From the IMG/VR virus record IMGVR_UViG_3300031994_000022: DNA of 64,000 nt. One strand, 5' to 3'. Within the stretch, counting starts at the first letter, position 1. Every line of letters starts with the position of its first letter. The position numbers and the translations under genes are program-made. This stretch comes from a virus. Its lineage: Duplodnaviria; Caudoviricetes. A model generated the notes under the pieces. The model saw only the letters and a program-made list of their open reading frames with translations, ran no database searches and was not told the origin of the DNA. This document shows, piece by piece, positions 10,558 through 21,856 of the stretch.

Positions 10558-13500
10558 TCCTCTATTCTCCCTTCTATTCCTGTTGAAGTAGTACTTGATA
10601 AAGTTGATATTCTCGCATTAGTTGACGTAGTTGCGTCACCACTTGGTATACCGTATACTATATTTCCAATTTTAATTGTATTTAAAACTGCCGTTGGTTC
10701 TTCACTAGGGTTTGCAATAACCTCTGTACCACCCACAGCAGATATAACATTATTCTCAATGGTGATATTATCACCAGCGACAAGTGTGTCTTGCTTACTT
10801 GATAAAGTACTGAGTAAGGATTGATTATTTATATATATATCCGTATCAGCATAAAGCTTATCAGACCTTACCGATGTAGTAGTCCTTACAACTGAAGGTG
10901 TAATAATCGAATCCTCTTTGCCCAGACCTTGTTCGGTAACTATCCAGTCTCCAATCTCTGAGCCTATACCTACGTCAGCAGTAACTTCGGCATTACCTTT
11001 ATAATTAAGTTCATATTTTCCGGTGGCAGTATTATATTTACCAGTTAATCCACCACCACCAAAATTAAACTCTCCAGTGACAAGATCTATGTAAGAACCA
11101 GAAGTGCCAGTGCCATTCCAATTCTCACTATAGACTTCTCCAGCCACTATCTGAGAACCAGTGATGTATCCAGAGTTAACGAACTTTGCATTAACACCGT
11201 AACCTTCTACAGTTACCCATGCTCCTTGCTTGTCATCTCCACCTTTAGGATCCCAATATTTATATGTATTCTCACCTATAGCAAGAGCAGTGGTTTCCCA
11301 ATTGTCCTCAGTAAATACTATCTTATTATTCTGTATTCGGAGTTGCTTTGGACTATATGTCTGTGTTATGTCATCATATGATCTGGCAATCAGACCGTTC
11401 TCGTCATACATTATCTCCTCGACATCGTTATTAACTATCTTATTTACATCCGCTGGCATTCCTTCCTCGCTCCAAGAATCTACCTCGTCCGTAATAGCAG
11501 AAGATTTCTCAACTTGATGCACTGTCGCAGTATATGACGTTGACATTGACTGAGCTTTTGACAATATATCTTGAGCATCCGAAAAATAATTTTTCACTTT
11601 GGTTACATTTGAAAAAGTAACATTTATACTATCGGGATTACCATAATTATATGACACACCAATAAGACGAAGTTTGTATAACTCTTCATCACATTCACAC
11701 ACTATGTAATCACCGATTGCAAAACGCTCTTTGTAATTTTTAAACTCTGTTGTATTTAAAAGATTCTTCAGAGAATCTGAAAGTGTGAATTGCAGTTTTG
11801 TGGCTTTGTTTAATTCCTCATTCGCAAGTTCCAAAACCCTCTTGGCGTAATTGATCACTTCGCCATCCGAAATACCATCTGATATATAATTAGGATTGTT
11901 GTAATCTCCCTCACGAATATAGTGGAAGAACACCGTGTATAAATCTTCTCCGATGAATTTTTCGAGATTAAATTTATCTTGCCATTCTGTCATCTTGGTT
12001 CGATAGTCATCTCTCTTTGTCTCCCATTCTTTGACCGTAGCTTCACGCTTCTTCATCTCCGAATCAACAAGTTCTTTGCGGTGATAGTAAGGATAGTACA
12101 AAGGATTGTATAAGTCGTAGCCATAGAAATCTTTATCTTTATCACCAATGCGTTGACTCTGCATTACCTCAAGAGTCCCAGTGAATGCCTTTGCACAAGT
12201 TTCAAGGATGTCGAGAGAGTACTGCGTCAGAATATCTGAGAATGATGGTGGATCACTTCCAACAGCATCATCAACTGCTTGAATATAATCACCATTATCA
12301 TCTCTAGGGATATCAATATCTATTATGCTTTTAACCGTACTGTCAGCTTTCGCCAAACGCTTCTCAACTTTCTCCTGCATCCACGCCATATAATCTTCAT
12401 ACACTTCTGTTGTATAGAGATATGCGGTAAGTGGAACAGTAGTAGTATAACTATCATCTGGGTCTCCTGTGTTATAGACTTTAACATTACCAGTCCAAGT
12501 GTATGTCGGTACTTCGGATGTAGTTGTTGTCTCTATCCATTTAGGATCAATATCAATGTAATCAATGTAGTTGTAGCCATTTGCTTGTAAATATATAATG
12601 TGTCCTAATTTTTCAGGAGGGTCGGGATATCGACCTTCATACCAAGCTTTGTATCTTTTCCCGTCGTCACGGAAATCACCAATATCCATATAGTTGGTAT
12701 TTATATCAAAATGATATGTCTTACCATCTATTATCGCGAAACCACGAGCATAGTTATTCCCATTTACTTGCTTCAATACCCATTCTCCGGCTTCTCCAGA
12801 TTCGTTATAGAATTGATAATCTTGTCCCGTTTGGTGTATACCACTCTTGTCCACATAGCGATAAACATTTCCGTACTTGATATACTGATCTTTCTGTAAC
12901 TCTTCGTTATTGCCAGTTTTGACATAAAATTTATTATTCTGCCATCTAGTATTTGTTTTTGTGACAGTTCTTGTGATCGGATCTGTTGAGTGAGTACTAT
13001 CTGTAATCTCCATACGGTAGATATTATTAAATTGCAGTGAAGCAATATTCTTAATTTCATTATCAATCTCAGTATCAGACTCTGGAAGTTTATTCAAAAA
13101 ATAAACTTTGTTGTTCGCATTTCCGAAATACTGTCGAAGACCATCACCTTCATTTGCCACAACTTCCCAAGTAACGGTGCCATCAGTAACTGTATCACCT
13201 ACGTGTGGGTCAGTTATAATAGGTTCTGTTGTCCCAGACTTTCCAGGCACTTCGCATTTTAGACTCATGTTATACGGCAGCTTGGAAGTAAATACCGTTT
13301 CATCTTTTACATAGGTCTTGTTTGCTTTCCAAGCAACACCTCCACCTTCGACAATCTGTCGTGCGGATGGGAGAGTAAGAATGTTCTTGCGAACTATCCA
13401 TTGTACCGTACCGTCTTCAATTATCTGTCCTTCGTATACCGACGTAGCATCGAATTCTTCAGCACCAGAACGCCCCGGATCTCCTTTTTCACAACACTCC

Positions 13501-14639
13501 AAATAGCACCACGAAGGAAGTGTTTTTACATAAACAATATCACCAAGGTCGTATCCGGTTTCAGGTTTCCACGGTTTGCCATTTATTCTCGGCATCATAG
13601 ATGTCTTGTAGTAATAGTAGTTGTTGATAGCGTCATACCAATTCGCAACTACTTCTTGATATTTCTTTATGTTCTTATCATAATACTCGCTGTACTCTTG
13701 TAGTTTCGCCACTAAAGCTGGTGGCATATCAGCGTAATCAGCTTCAGAAAATCTATAAATGTACGGTGTACCACTAGGATTACAATTGATGATAGCAGCG
13801 TTGATATTATCATCACCACCAGTAACATAGAAACAATTCTTAACTTGTCCTTCGTCACCATCAACCGTCATCTTCTCCGAAAAGTTGTTATATGAAATAA
13901 ATATGTTGGCATCTTTGCCGTAGCCTTTTTGTATATGAGTTCCTCCACACTTTGGACATACATCTGTGAAATTACCTCTATAGTTACAATCAAGACATAT
14001 GTTATCCAAATCATATGCCGAAATCTGTCTCTTCACCGAATCAAATAAAAACAGACACTCAATCTCTTTAGCGATAGTGTCTGTCAGTACTTGGTAGATA
14101 TTCTGATTACTGATACTAAATGTACGTTGTATATTGCATAATGTATCGTCTACGTGTCCTATTGACCATCCTGGTGTCTTAACCGATAAGACACGGTGGA
14201 GCAGCGAACCTCTCGGATTCTCCTCGTTATAGAATACCGTAGTTACATAATCGTCTTGCAATATATCTGACTCAGTATTTACTTCGAGGCTTCGAATAAT
14301 ACGATTACTTAATTCGTGTTCTGCGGCAGAAGTAAGAGTTACTTTCTTTACCGTAGAATTATCCTCGTCTATACTTACGTCAGCTTTATAATATTCATGA
14401 TGTTCCGGGATATACACGTATTTGAATGATATAAGATCATCCCAGACATTACATTTTACTCCATTTACTTCCTTGTAAACATCGAAAGACATTTCATCAG
14501 CACTATTCATATTAATGTTGACGTTAACATCTTCTATATTTATGTTATTGATTTCACCAATGTGATGGTGATATATGTTGGAAAGTATGAAGGTCGGCTG
14601 TTCGATTTGGTCGAACATATCATAAGAAAATTTTTGCAT
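10554..14639 (-). CDS. Tail-associated baseplate hub/spike protein (Tal-like)
   Basis: Follows Dit; phage tail endopeptidase-like N-domain; CxxC..CxxC ribbon; two WK....Y..(G)D.V carbohydrate-binding-like repeats. Confidence 0.75.
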   Translation of the reverse strand: MQKFSYDMFDQIEQPTFILSNIYHHHIGEINNINIEDVNVNINMNSADEMSFDVYKEVNGVKCNVWDDLISFKYVYIPEHHEYYKADVSIDEDNSTVKKVTLTSAAEHELSNRIIRSLEVNTESDILQDDYVTTVFYNEENPRGSLLHRVLSVKTPGWSIGHVDDTLCNIQRTFSISNQNIYQVLTDTIAKEIECLFLFDSVKRQISAYDLDNICLDCNYRGNFTDVCPKCGGTHIQKGYGKDANIFISYNNFSEKMTVDGDEGQVKNCFYVTGGDDNINAAIINCNPSGTPYIYRFSEADYADMPPALVAKLQEYSEYYDKNIKKYQEVVANWYDAINNYYYYKTSMMPRINGKPWKPETGYDLGDIVYVKTLPSWCYLECCEKGDPGRSGAEEFDATSVYEGQIIEDGTVQWIVRKNILTLPSARQIVEGGGVAWKANKTYVKDETVFTSKLPYNMSLKCEVPGKSGTTEPIITDPHVGDTVTDGTVTWEVVANEGDGLRQYFGNANNKVYFLNKLPESDTEIDNEIKNIASLQFNNIYRMEITDSTHSTDPITRTVTKTNTRWQNNKFYVKTGNNEELQKDQYIKYGNVYRYVDKSGIHQTGQDYQFYNESGEAGEWVLKQVNGNNYARGFAIIDGKTYHFDINTNYMDIGDFRDDGKRYKAWYEGRYPDPPEKLGHIIYLQANGYNYIDYIDIDPKWIETTTTSEVPTYTWTGNVKVYNTGDPDDSYTTTVPLTAYLYTTEVYEDYMAWMQEKVEKRLAKADSTVKSIIDIDIPRDDNGDYIQAVDDAVGSDPPSFSDILTQYSLDILETCAKAFTGTLEVMQSQRIGDKDKDFYGYDLYNPLYYPYYHRKELVDSEMKKREATVKEWETKRDDYRTKMTEWQDKFNLEKFIGEDLYTVFFHYIREGDYNNPNYISDGISDGEVINYAKRVLELANEELNKATKLQFTLSDSLKNLLNTTEFKNYKERFAIGDYIVCECDEELYKLRLIGVSYNYGNPDSINVTFSNVTKVKNYFSDAQDILSKAQSMSTSYTATVHQVEKSSAITDEVDSWSEEGMPADVNKIVNNDVEEIMYDENGLIARSYDDITQTYSPKQLRIQNNKIVFTEDNWETTALAIGENTYKYWDPKGGDDKQGAWVTVEGYGVNAKFVNSGYITGSQIVAGEVYSENWNGTGTSGSYIDLVTGEFNFGGGGLTGKYNTATGKYELNYKGNAEVTADVGIGSEIGDWIVTEQGLGKEDSIITPSVVRTTTSVRSDKLYADTDIYINNQSLLSTLSSKQDTLVAGDNITIENNVISAVGGTEVIANPSEEPTAVLNTIKIGNIVYGIPSGDATTSTNARISTLSSTTSTGIEGRIEE

Positions 14640-15434
14640 TTACCTCAATCCCACCTTTCTGATTTCCCTGTATTCCAAAGTTATGTCGGCTTGCTTATTG
14701 ATGGTAAAATGATTCTCTGAGTTACCATAGCTCGTCACAAACCTTGGATATTTATAATTAAATTCATGTATCCAATCATGGGCAGTATTAGTGCTACCAA
14801 TCTGCTGTACGTCACCATTTTCTATAGTGATGGTTTCGCCAGCTACACAGTTCTTGAGTTCCATATCTCTGTTCTCCGTGGTATTGATTAAATGTAGTTC
14901 ACCACCTTCCGCCAATTGGATTGTTACTGTAGGATATATATATCCTTCTTCGTCTGTATTTACGTTGATGTCAAAAGCAGCTTCATTACTGAAATGCTTA
15001 ATGATGCGAGAGTAGCCATACGGAGCATTTGTATGGAGAGTAATCTTAAGACCTATGACTTTATCTCCAGCGTACTCTTTTTGTACTGTCCAATATCCTT
15101 GATACCATACATCACTTGTGGTACTATCATCATCAACATATCTAAACCATTTATATTGTTTCCGACATAACCATCGGGTCAGCTCCGACACGTCATCATC
15201 GGTTAAATTCAAATCGTCATCCGGAAACTTACAGAAGTCTTTCATGATAAGGTATGTCGCAGTCAGATTGTCGCCATAGTCATAGCCGACCCCCAAAGAC
15301 TTATCATTTCGGGCACCCTTTATGGTTTTCATTTCCATATTAGAAGTGTCCATTAGTTCTTCTGTGTTTTCAAACACGAGGATATAACCAAATTCCGACA
15401 ACGATCTGCCGTCAAAAATGAAATCACTTATCAT
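14640..15434 (-). CDS. Distal tail protein (Dit)
   Basis: DFIFDG..LSEFG...RWL.R..YK...TNAPYGY, typical of siphophage Dit; lies between tape measure and Tal. Confidence 0.8.
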   Translation of the reverse strand: MISDFIFDGRSLSEFGYILVFENTEELMDTSNMEMKTIKGARNDKSLGVGYDYGDNLTATYLIMKDFCKFPDDDLNLTDDDVSELTRWLCRKQYKWFRYVDDDSTTSDVWYQGYWTVQKEYAGDKVIGLKITLHTNAPYGYSRIIKHFSNEAAFDINVNTDEEGYIYPTVTIQLAEGGELHLINTTENRDMELKNCVAGETITIENGDVQQIGSTNTAHDWIHEFNYKYPRFVTSYGNSENHFTINKQADITLEYREIRKVGLR

Positions 15435-15449
15435 AATTAATCCCTCTTT

Positions 15450-15710
15450 TTATACGTATTTATTCATTTCCTTAAGTATCTTTTTCTTGACTGATTTCTG
15501 CTTGTCTATAACCTCAACATATTTCTGCTTCAGTATCTTGAGAGAATCAATCAGTTTATTATATTCTTCTTCCTTTTTATCCATAGCTTCTTGACGCTTC
15601 TCAAAGTACTCGACCTTGTCTTTGAGAGCGTTGACTGTGCTTTCAAGTTGCTGTATCTTTTCTTTGTATTTTTCATTCTGTCTTTTTAATCGACTTTTAT
15701 CTGTTAACAT
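15450..15710 (-). CDS. Small coiled-coil hypothetical protein
   Basis: K/E-rich heptads; RBS AGGAGG upstream. Confidence 0.55.
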   Translation of the reverse strand: MLTDKSRLKRQNEKYKEKIQQLESTVNALKDKVEYFEKRQEAMDKKEEEYNKLIDSLKILKQKYVEVIDKQKSVKKKILKEMNKYV

Positions 15711-15735
15711 CCTGTTACCTCCTTATTAAAAAACA

Positions 15736-15761
15736 CTAGGGTAGGAGAGTACCTACCCTAG
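15736..15761 (-). terminator. Intrinsic terminator after the tape-measure gene
   Basis: CTAGGGTAGG/CCTACCCTAG 10-bp stem followed by a T-run on the minus strand. Confidence 0.7.
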
Positions 15762-15772
15762 CATAATATAGA

Positions 15773-18700
15773 TTAATATCTATTCTTTTTTAAAGTATTA
15801 TTACCCATTGCTTGACCTATAGTAATCTCTTGCCAGAATTTCTCAAGCTCTTTGTCTTGTTTCATTTCACGCTTGAAATCATTGTAGTTCTCAACATTAG
15901 GTAATTCGATTGTAATGTTATTGTTCGAAGTCACATTCCTTACATTACTAGAGCCGACATTTGGTACGGCAAGTCCAACAGTAGTAGGAATATTTCCTTT
16001 CGCAATTTCCCACAATCTTTGTGACATATCATGGGTAAAGACCATATCTCCACGATTGAGTGGTGTAAGCATAGCACCATCAGATGTACGATAGATAAGC
16101 TCGGATGCATTTTCCTGAGTCCATGCAAGCTGGTCACGAGGTGAAGCTTTAGTACCCTTAGCATAACCAAGCCAGTCACCATTTGAACCAAAGGTATATG
16201 ACTTGCCTCCGATGGTTTGCTTTCCGGTCACCATATATCCTTCGCTGTCAAAGTAGTACCAATCACCATCAATCTTTAACCACTCATTTTTTGGATATGA
16301 ACCATCGGAATATTCCCACCAATAGCCTTTGTCGTTATGTTTCCAAGAACCATCCCAACTTGAATCCCAATAACCTTCGCTGTTGAGCCAGTATCCATCA
16401 ACATATTCATTTGCGGCATATGAACCATTTCCGTATTGATACCAATTACCTCTATCATCTTTCTGCCATGAACCTTTATGGAAAAGTTCTTGGACATCAT
16501 CTTTTATAGACGCACCACCAGTTTTCTTATCGGTACCATTACTAGGTGTATCAGAACCATCAGAAGATTTGGGTTTATTATTCTCTGAATTGGTAAGGGT
16601 TATCATACCATCAGCTATTGTTTTAACATCAACTGACATATGTTCGACAATACCTTTAACACCATTCGTAGCAGGGTCGGTAACCTTCTCCATTGATTTT
16701 CTAAAATCATCAATGATACTTCCTACATTTCCAATCTTATCTCCAAGACTTTCAAAATGCTCAGTTGATTTAATATCATAATCATTTTTAACTTCTTGCA
16801 GTCCTTTAGTAATAGCTTCTCCATTCTTTTGGATATAAGGCTGCATATTATTCATAACTGCAATAATACTTTCAGTTTGATCATTAAGATATTCTTCAAC
16901 GCCAGATTTCATATCATCAAGCATCTGATTGGTTTCGGAAATATATCTGTCCCATTCAGTTTCTTCGAGTTGTTGCTGTGCATCATTTAATTGCTTTTGA
17001 AGTTCCTGACGCTTCTTACGAGTTTCCTCAGAATCATCGCCTTGATAAGCGGCAAGTTGCTTTTCGAGGTCACTGATAGATTTTGTTTGATTGGCAATAT
17101 TTTTTTGGAAATCATATAAATCCTTTTCGGTATTTAATGATTCTTTAAACTTGTCTATAAGTTCACCAAGAGATTCAATGTATTTACTAATACCTTCTCT
17201 TACAAGACTCTGCATAGCTTCCATAGCTTCTTTTTCGGCATTTGCGGTATCACGCATAGCTTGAGCTATCTTTTCTTGTTCTTCAATAATATTTTTATTA
17301 TTTGGATCATTTGCTAATTGATTGCTTACTATGGTATATTGTTTTTGATAACGCTTTAAACGCTCGGTAGCATCAGTGTATTGAGCACTGATCAGACCAG
17401 CTTGTGCAAATCCACGGTTATTTAAAAAGCCTTTATCATTATAATTATTCTCGCTTTGCAGAAGTCCGATTAACCAATCAGCTTCATTAGCTATATCCGA
17501 AAGTCTTTCTTCTAACCAATCAAACTTATCCCACTGTAACTGCATAATTGTATTATTCAGTTTAACAAGTTCAGTGTTAGATTCTTCGTAAGCTTTGTTG
17601 ACATCCTGTACTTGCTGATACATGTCATTCCAAGCTTCAGTACCTTCTTGGATTTTTCCATTGACAACAGCGTCATTGAATCTTTTCACAGCTTCATCAA
17701 GTTCTTCAGCATATTTTTTATTCTGATCTTTTTCATATTCAACAAGTTTGTCATAATATGATTGATCTACGAAATAACCATGTTCCTCAGTACGTGCAAT
17801 ACGCTCATTAATGATGTCAGCTTGCTTCTCAATGTTAGTAATTTGACCTTCATATTCGGCAATAATATTTTCAAGCAGTTGCTTATATTGATCTTTAACA
17901 GCTATCTGGAGATCCTTAACCGCATCACCAGCAGCAACAGATTTATTGTAGAGTTCTTGATAATTTTGAATGGCTTCGACAAGATACTTATTAGCAATCT
18001 TCTCGATGTCGTTACCACTCATTAAACCTTCACGAACCTTACGCTGATAGTCGCCTGTTGCCCATGCAGCTACAGCTTTATTGTATTGTTCTAAGTCATA
18101 TGCATATTGCTTAGATGATTTAGCCGTTGTCTCGTCATCGCCGTAATCTTCCCAGTTTAATTCCTTACCGTCATTAACGGCAACTTTTTTAGCGTTGCGG
18201 AGATACTCTTCTTGGGCAGTAGTCTGAGCTTTAATTTCTTGATTAAGTTGCTTAATCTTTTCGCCAATCTTTTCGTTACGTTTCGCCCAATTCTCATAAA
18301 CATCGTTGATAACTTTGTCAAGTCGGTCAATCTCTTCCTCGATACGTTGGATGGCAACTTCAATCCAATCAAATGTCTCATCGGTATCCTCAGAAGCTTT
18401 GTCGTTGTTGGTGGAGTCTCCACCACCACCGTTATCTCCTCCACCTCCGGAAGATTTAGATGAACCACCGCCACCATATTTACCAGTAGCACCAGTTTGT
18501 GTTCCGTTCCATTTATATTTAATCCCTTTAAGTGTTTTTACATCAACAGCACTAATATTTACTCTTGCATCTGATGGTGCGCCGTTAAAACCTTGCGTTG
18601 TTTCTCCAACTCTAACTGTATCCCATTCATAATCTGCCGTTATTGCACCACCAGTTATTTCGGAAATCCATGCTTTAAACTGAGCCATAGTGCCTGAAAA

Positions 18701-21700
18701 CTGAGATTGTAGACTGGCAAGAGTAGCAAGAAATGGTGCACTATTAAGATAAGCTCCAACTTCAAAATCAGACGAATCTAATTCTGCAATTTGTTGAGCT
18801 AATAAGTTAGCATCAGACCAAAATGCATCGTCATATAATTCAGCATTAAATAATATTTTTTTACTAGCCTCAACACGTAATTTTCCGATAGCCTCAATAT
18901 CTCCTTCTATGGCATCTTCAATTAGTTCGGCATTTTTAATAATAAAATCAGCATCAATTTCTGGACTAAGCTCTGGGATAGCTTTCCCTTCCTCATTATA
19001 AACAGCAATAAGATTCTGAACCTTATCAGTCATTTTTGTTATTATTTCAGAATCGCTATCTTTTGCAGCTACAGCTTTATCAAACGCTGTTTTGTTTTGT
19101 GTGACATATTTAGATAATTCTTTAAGGGCAGTTGCATGTGCTTTATAACGTTTTGTTAATCTTGATTCAACTACTTCTTGAGCATTAGTTATACCTTGTT
19201 CTTTAAGTTGCTGAATATAATATTCCTTTTCGGCATCAGTAACATGATCCAAATCATCTATAAGTGTATCTAATACACCACTTTGATCTACATATGCAGT
19301 TGCAAGTTGGTTTGTTGCAGTTTGAGCAGCGTCAGCATCACCAGCATTTTCTACAAGAGCATCATTGTATTGCTCAATAGCAGAAGAGAGGAGATTGACA
19401 TCTTGGTCAGCACCAGCATCAAATGTTGTACCACCAAATGCACTATTAACAGCCTCAATCTCAGTAGCAGTTGCTTTACCACCTTCAACTTTAGTTTTAT
19501 TGTATGCTGTCGCCAAATCATCACCAAATGCATCATCCATAGCTTTGAGATCTGCAACACCTTTAGAAGATTTGGTTTCGATTTCGACATCAACAGTGAT
19601 AGGACTCATACGTTTAGATAATTCTTCTTTCAAAGCATCATAATCTAAACTCTCTGTATCTGGTTCTAATTCTATTCCTAATGCTATTTGTCTTTCTTCA
19701 GGTGTTAATTCTTCCAAATACTTATCCGACCAATTATCACCCATAATCTCTTTAAGATGCTCATATTGTTCATCAAGATTTTCTATACCTGGTTCTAATG
19801 GATGTGATTTTACATAATTAGTCAATGTTTCATAAGACGATTGTGCATCTTGAGTACTCTGTTGAAAATCTTTGCCCATAGAATCATAGTCTTTTGCTAA
19901 ATTCCATGCACCAAATTTACCAGAGAAATGCATAAGATAACCAGCATCTACGGCACCAATACCTTCGTTACCAGTAACTTCGTCAACACCAGCTATAAGC
20001 CCTTTACCGTATTCTTCTCCATATTTTTTACCATCGGCACTATCAATTTTTAATATTTCATCAATAGATATTTCACCATCTTCAGCAGCTTTTGCTATTA
20101 CCGAATCAATGTAATTATATACTTCATTTTTTCCTAAAAATACAGCACCATCTTCCGTCTGTAAAATAGGTGTGAAGGCAATTGTGTGTTCAGTCTCATC
20201 CCATTCAAACGTACTACTGCCACCAAAAACAGTATCAATCGTACCAACTTCAGGATTATAATTATCCCAAGACGCCAACTCTTTTTCATATGTTTTCTTC
20301 AACTCGTCAGACCATTCGATAATGGTTCGTTTATCCATATCGACATTGCCAAACTTATGAAGCACACCACTATCAATATCATTTTCAAATTGAAGATAAT
20401 CTTTTCCAGCTTCTTTGCCCCAATCTGATAGTTTTTGACGTTCACGATCTACTTCGGATTCTTCTGCTTGTATCTTATGAATATTTCCCTCGGAATCATA
20501 ATAAGTGCCACCAATTTCAGGTATATTTTCTGGATTATATTTATCATTTATTCCCTTTAAGGTAGAATCATATATTGCTCTTTTATAATTTAATATGGCA
20601 TTTAACGTATCATCGTCAATTCCTTGTTCTTCTAATTTTGCAAAGAATTCCTCATTCATTGATTTTAACTTATTAAAATCAAATTCTTCCATGTTATACA
20701 TATCTTCAACAACTTTATTGAATTCTCCAGCAAAATCATAATCAAGGCTTTCGTCATTACTCCAATCAGTTAACAACTGGTTAAAATTATTTGGATCAAT
20801 CATAGATTGAAGATTATTTATATACCCAACATATTCTTCATAAATATCTTCATATCCAGCTATAATATTACCTTCTGAATCTTGAAAAGAAGCTAATACT
20901 TCATATAATGTATTAATATATTCAGTGATTTCAACAGTATTTTTATCAACAACTTCTTTCCATTTTAATTGATCTTTTTCGTTACCTTCTCTAATTGCGT
21001 TGACATACTGATTGTATCCTTGTTGTGTATAGTCATTTTGATAATACTCAGCCCAATCTTTATAACTAGCATTAGTTTCTTCATTCGCAACCACCTTGCC
21101 ATTATCTTCAAGACTATATGTTTTGCCCGTATAACCAGTATTCAGAACATCCTTAGCATTAATAGCAGCACTTTCACGTTGAAGTTTAATATTTGTTTCT
21201 AAGATACGCTGTTGAGATTCTAACAAGGATTTGGTTCTTGCCAACCTATCTATGTCTCCTTGATCTGATAATGTCAAAGTTCCCTTGGCTTGAATGGATG
21301 CTATATCATCATCAATCTTTTTAATCTGAGAATTTAAACTACTTAATTCACTTTCAGAAGATTGTAATTCACTCACGGATTTATCAAGTTTTTCAGTAGC
21401 TTTTGAAATAGCCTCCAATTCTTTTTCTTTTTGAGCTTTGCCAGTAAGTTCATCCCAAAGTTCTTTAGCTTTGTCAATAATCCAACTTACAGCCGCCATT
21501 ATAGCCGCTGAAGTCAAGGCATTAACAATAGATTTACCCACACTTTTAAAAGCGTTGCCAAGTTTAGTAGTCTTATTAGATGTTTCATCCATTATTGAGT
21601 TAATGCCTTTAACAGCAGCTTGACCAGTTTCACCAGTTTTTTGTAATTCAGTTTTTAATTCTTGTAACTTGGTTTTAACATTGTCTGTTAAGTTAACCGA

Positions 21701-21856
21701 GTTCTCTAAATCCATACCTAAGAATTTTGCCGTTGGATCTGAAGAATTTAATTGTATATAATCTAAAACATTATTATATTGATTAATATCTTTTTTATTA
21801 TTGGCATGTTGATACATCGCACCAATCAATGTACCAGAATCGTTTGTATTAAATAG
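15773..21856 (-). CDS. Tape measure protein, exon 2 (C-terminal cell-wall-binding repeats)
   Basis: Long helical protein ending in GYAKGT...AWTQE...E.I. The apparent ATG at 21859-21857 supplies the intron's terminal G. Joins in frame to exon 1 (..KKLG|LFNT..), giving ~3364 aa. Confidence 0.85.
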   Translation of the reverse strand, partial: LFNTNDSGTLIGAMYQHANNKKDINQYNNVLDYIQLNSSDPTAKFLGMDLENSVNLTDNVKTKLQELKTELQKTGETGQAAVKGINSIMDETSNKTTKLGNAFKSVGKSIVNALTSAAIMAAVSWIIDKAKELWDELTGKAQKEKELEAISKATEKLDKSVSELQSSESELSSLNSQIKKIDDDIASIQAKGTLTLSDQGDIDRLARTKSLLESQQRILETNIKLQRESAAINAKDVLNTGYTGKTYSLEDNGKVVANEETNASYKDWAEYYQNDYTQQGYNQYVNAIREGNEKDQLKWKEVVDKNTVEITEYINTLYEVLASFQDSEGNIIAGYEDIYEEYVGYINNLQSMIDPNNFNQLLTDWSNDESLDYDFAGEFNKVVEDMYNMEEFDFNKLKSMNEEFFAKLEEQGIDDDTLNAILNYKRAIYDSTLKGINDKYNPENIPEIGGTYYDSEGNIHKIQAEESEVDRERQKLSDWGKEAGKDYLQFENDIDSGVLHKFGNVDMDKRTIIEWSDELKKTYEKELASWDNYNPEVGTIDTVFGGSSTFEWDETEHTIAFTPILQTEDGAVFLGKNEVYNYIDSVIAKAAEDGEISIDEILKIDSADGKKYGEEYGKGLIAGVDEVTGNEGIGAVDAGYLMHFSGKFGAWNLAKDYDSMGKDFQQSTQDAQSSYETLTNYVKSHPLEPGIENLDEQYEHLKEIMGDNWSDKYLEELTPEERQIALGIELEPDTESLDYDALKEELSKRMSPITVDVEIETKSSKGVADLKAMDDAFGDDLATAYNKTKVEGGKATATEIEAVNSAFGGTTFDAGADQDVNLLSSAIEQYNDALVENAGDADAAQTATNQLATAYVDQSGVLDTLIDDLDHVTDAEKEYYIQQLKEQGITNAQEVVESRLTKRYKAHATALKELSKYVTQNKTAFDKAVAAKDSDSEIITKMTDKVQNLIAVYNEEGKAIPELSPEIDADFIIKNAELIEDAIEGDIEAIGKLRVEASKKILFNAELYDDAFWSDANLLAQQIAELDSSDFEVGAYLNSAPFLATLASLQSQFSGTMAQFKAWISEITGGAITADYEWDTVRVGETTQGFNGAPSDARVNISAVDVKTLKGIKYKWNGTQTGATGKYGGGGSSKSSGGGGDNGGGGDSTNNDKASEDTDETFDWIEVAIQRIEEEIDRLDKVINDVYENWAKRNEKIGEKIKQLNQEIKAQTTAQEEYLRNAKKVAVNDGKELNWEDYGDDETTAKSSKQYAYDLEQYNKAVAAWATGDYQRKVREGLMSGNDIEKIANKYLVEAIQNYQELYNKSVAAGDAVKDLQIAVKDQYKQLLENIIAEYEGQITNIEKQADIINERIARTEEHGYFVDQSYYDKLVEYEKDQNKKYAEELDEAVKRFNDAVVNGKIQEGTEAWNDMYQQVQDVNKAYEESNTELVKLNNTIMQLQWDKFDWLEERLSDIANEADWLIGLLQSENNYNDKGFLNNRGFAQAGLISAQYTDATERLKRYQKQYTIVSNQLANDPNNKNIIEEQEKIAQAMRDTANAEKEAMEAMQSLVREGISKYIESLGELIDKFKESLNTEKDLYDFQKNIANQTKSISDLEKQLAAYQGDDSEETRKKRQELQKQLNDAQQQLEETEWDRYISETNQMLDDMKSGVEEYLNDQTESIIAVMNNMQPYIQKNGEAITKGLQEVKNDYDIKSTEHFESLGDKIGNVGSIIDDFRKSMEKVTDPATNGVKGIVEHMSVDVKTIADGMITLTNSENNKPKSSDGSDTPSNGTDKKTGGASIKDDVQELFHKGSWQKDDRGNWYQYGNGSYAANEYVDGYWLNSEGYWDSSWDGSWKHNDKGYWWEYSDGSYPKNEWLKIDGDWYYFDSEGYMVTGKQTIGGKSYTFGSNGDWLGYAKGTKASPRDQLAWTQENASELIYRTSDGAMLTPLNRGDMVFTHDMSQRLWEIAKGNIPTTVGLAVPNVGSSNVRNVTSNNNITIELPNVENYNDFKREMKQDKELEKFWQEITIGQAMGNNTLKKNRY

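Noticed and set aside
1-14639. Diversity-generating retroelement or invertible tail-fibre cassette
   Set aside because: No reverse transcriptase, adenine-variant template repeat or inverted gene segments were noticed in the window.
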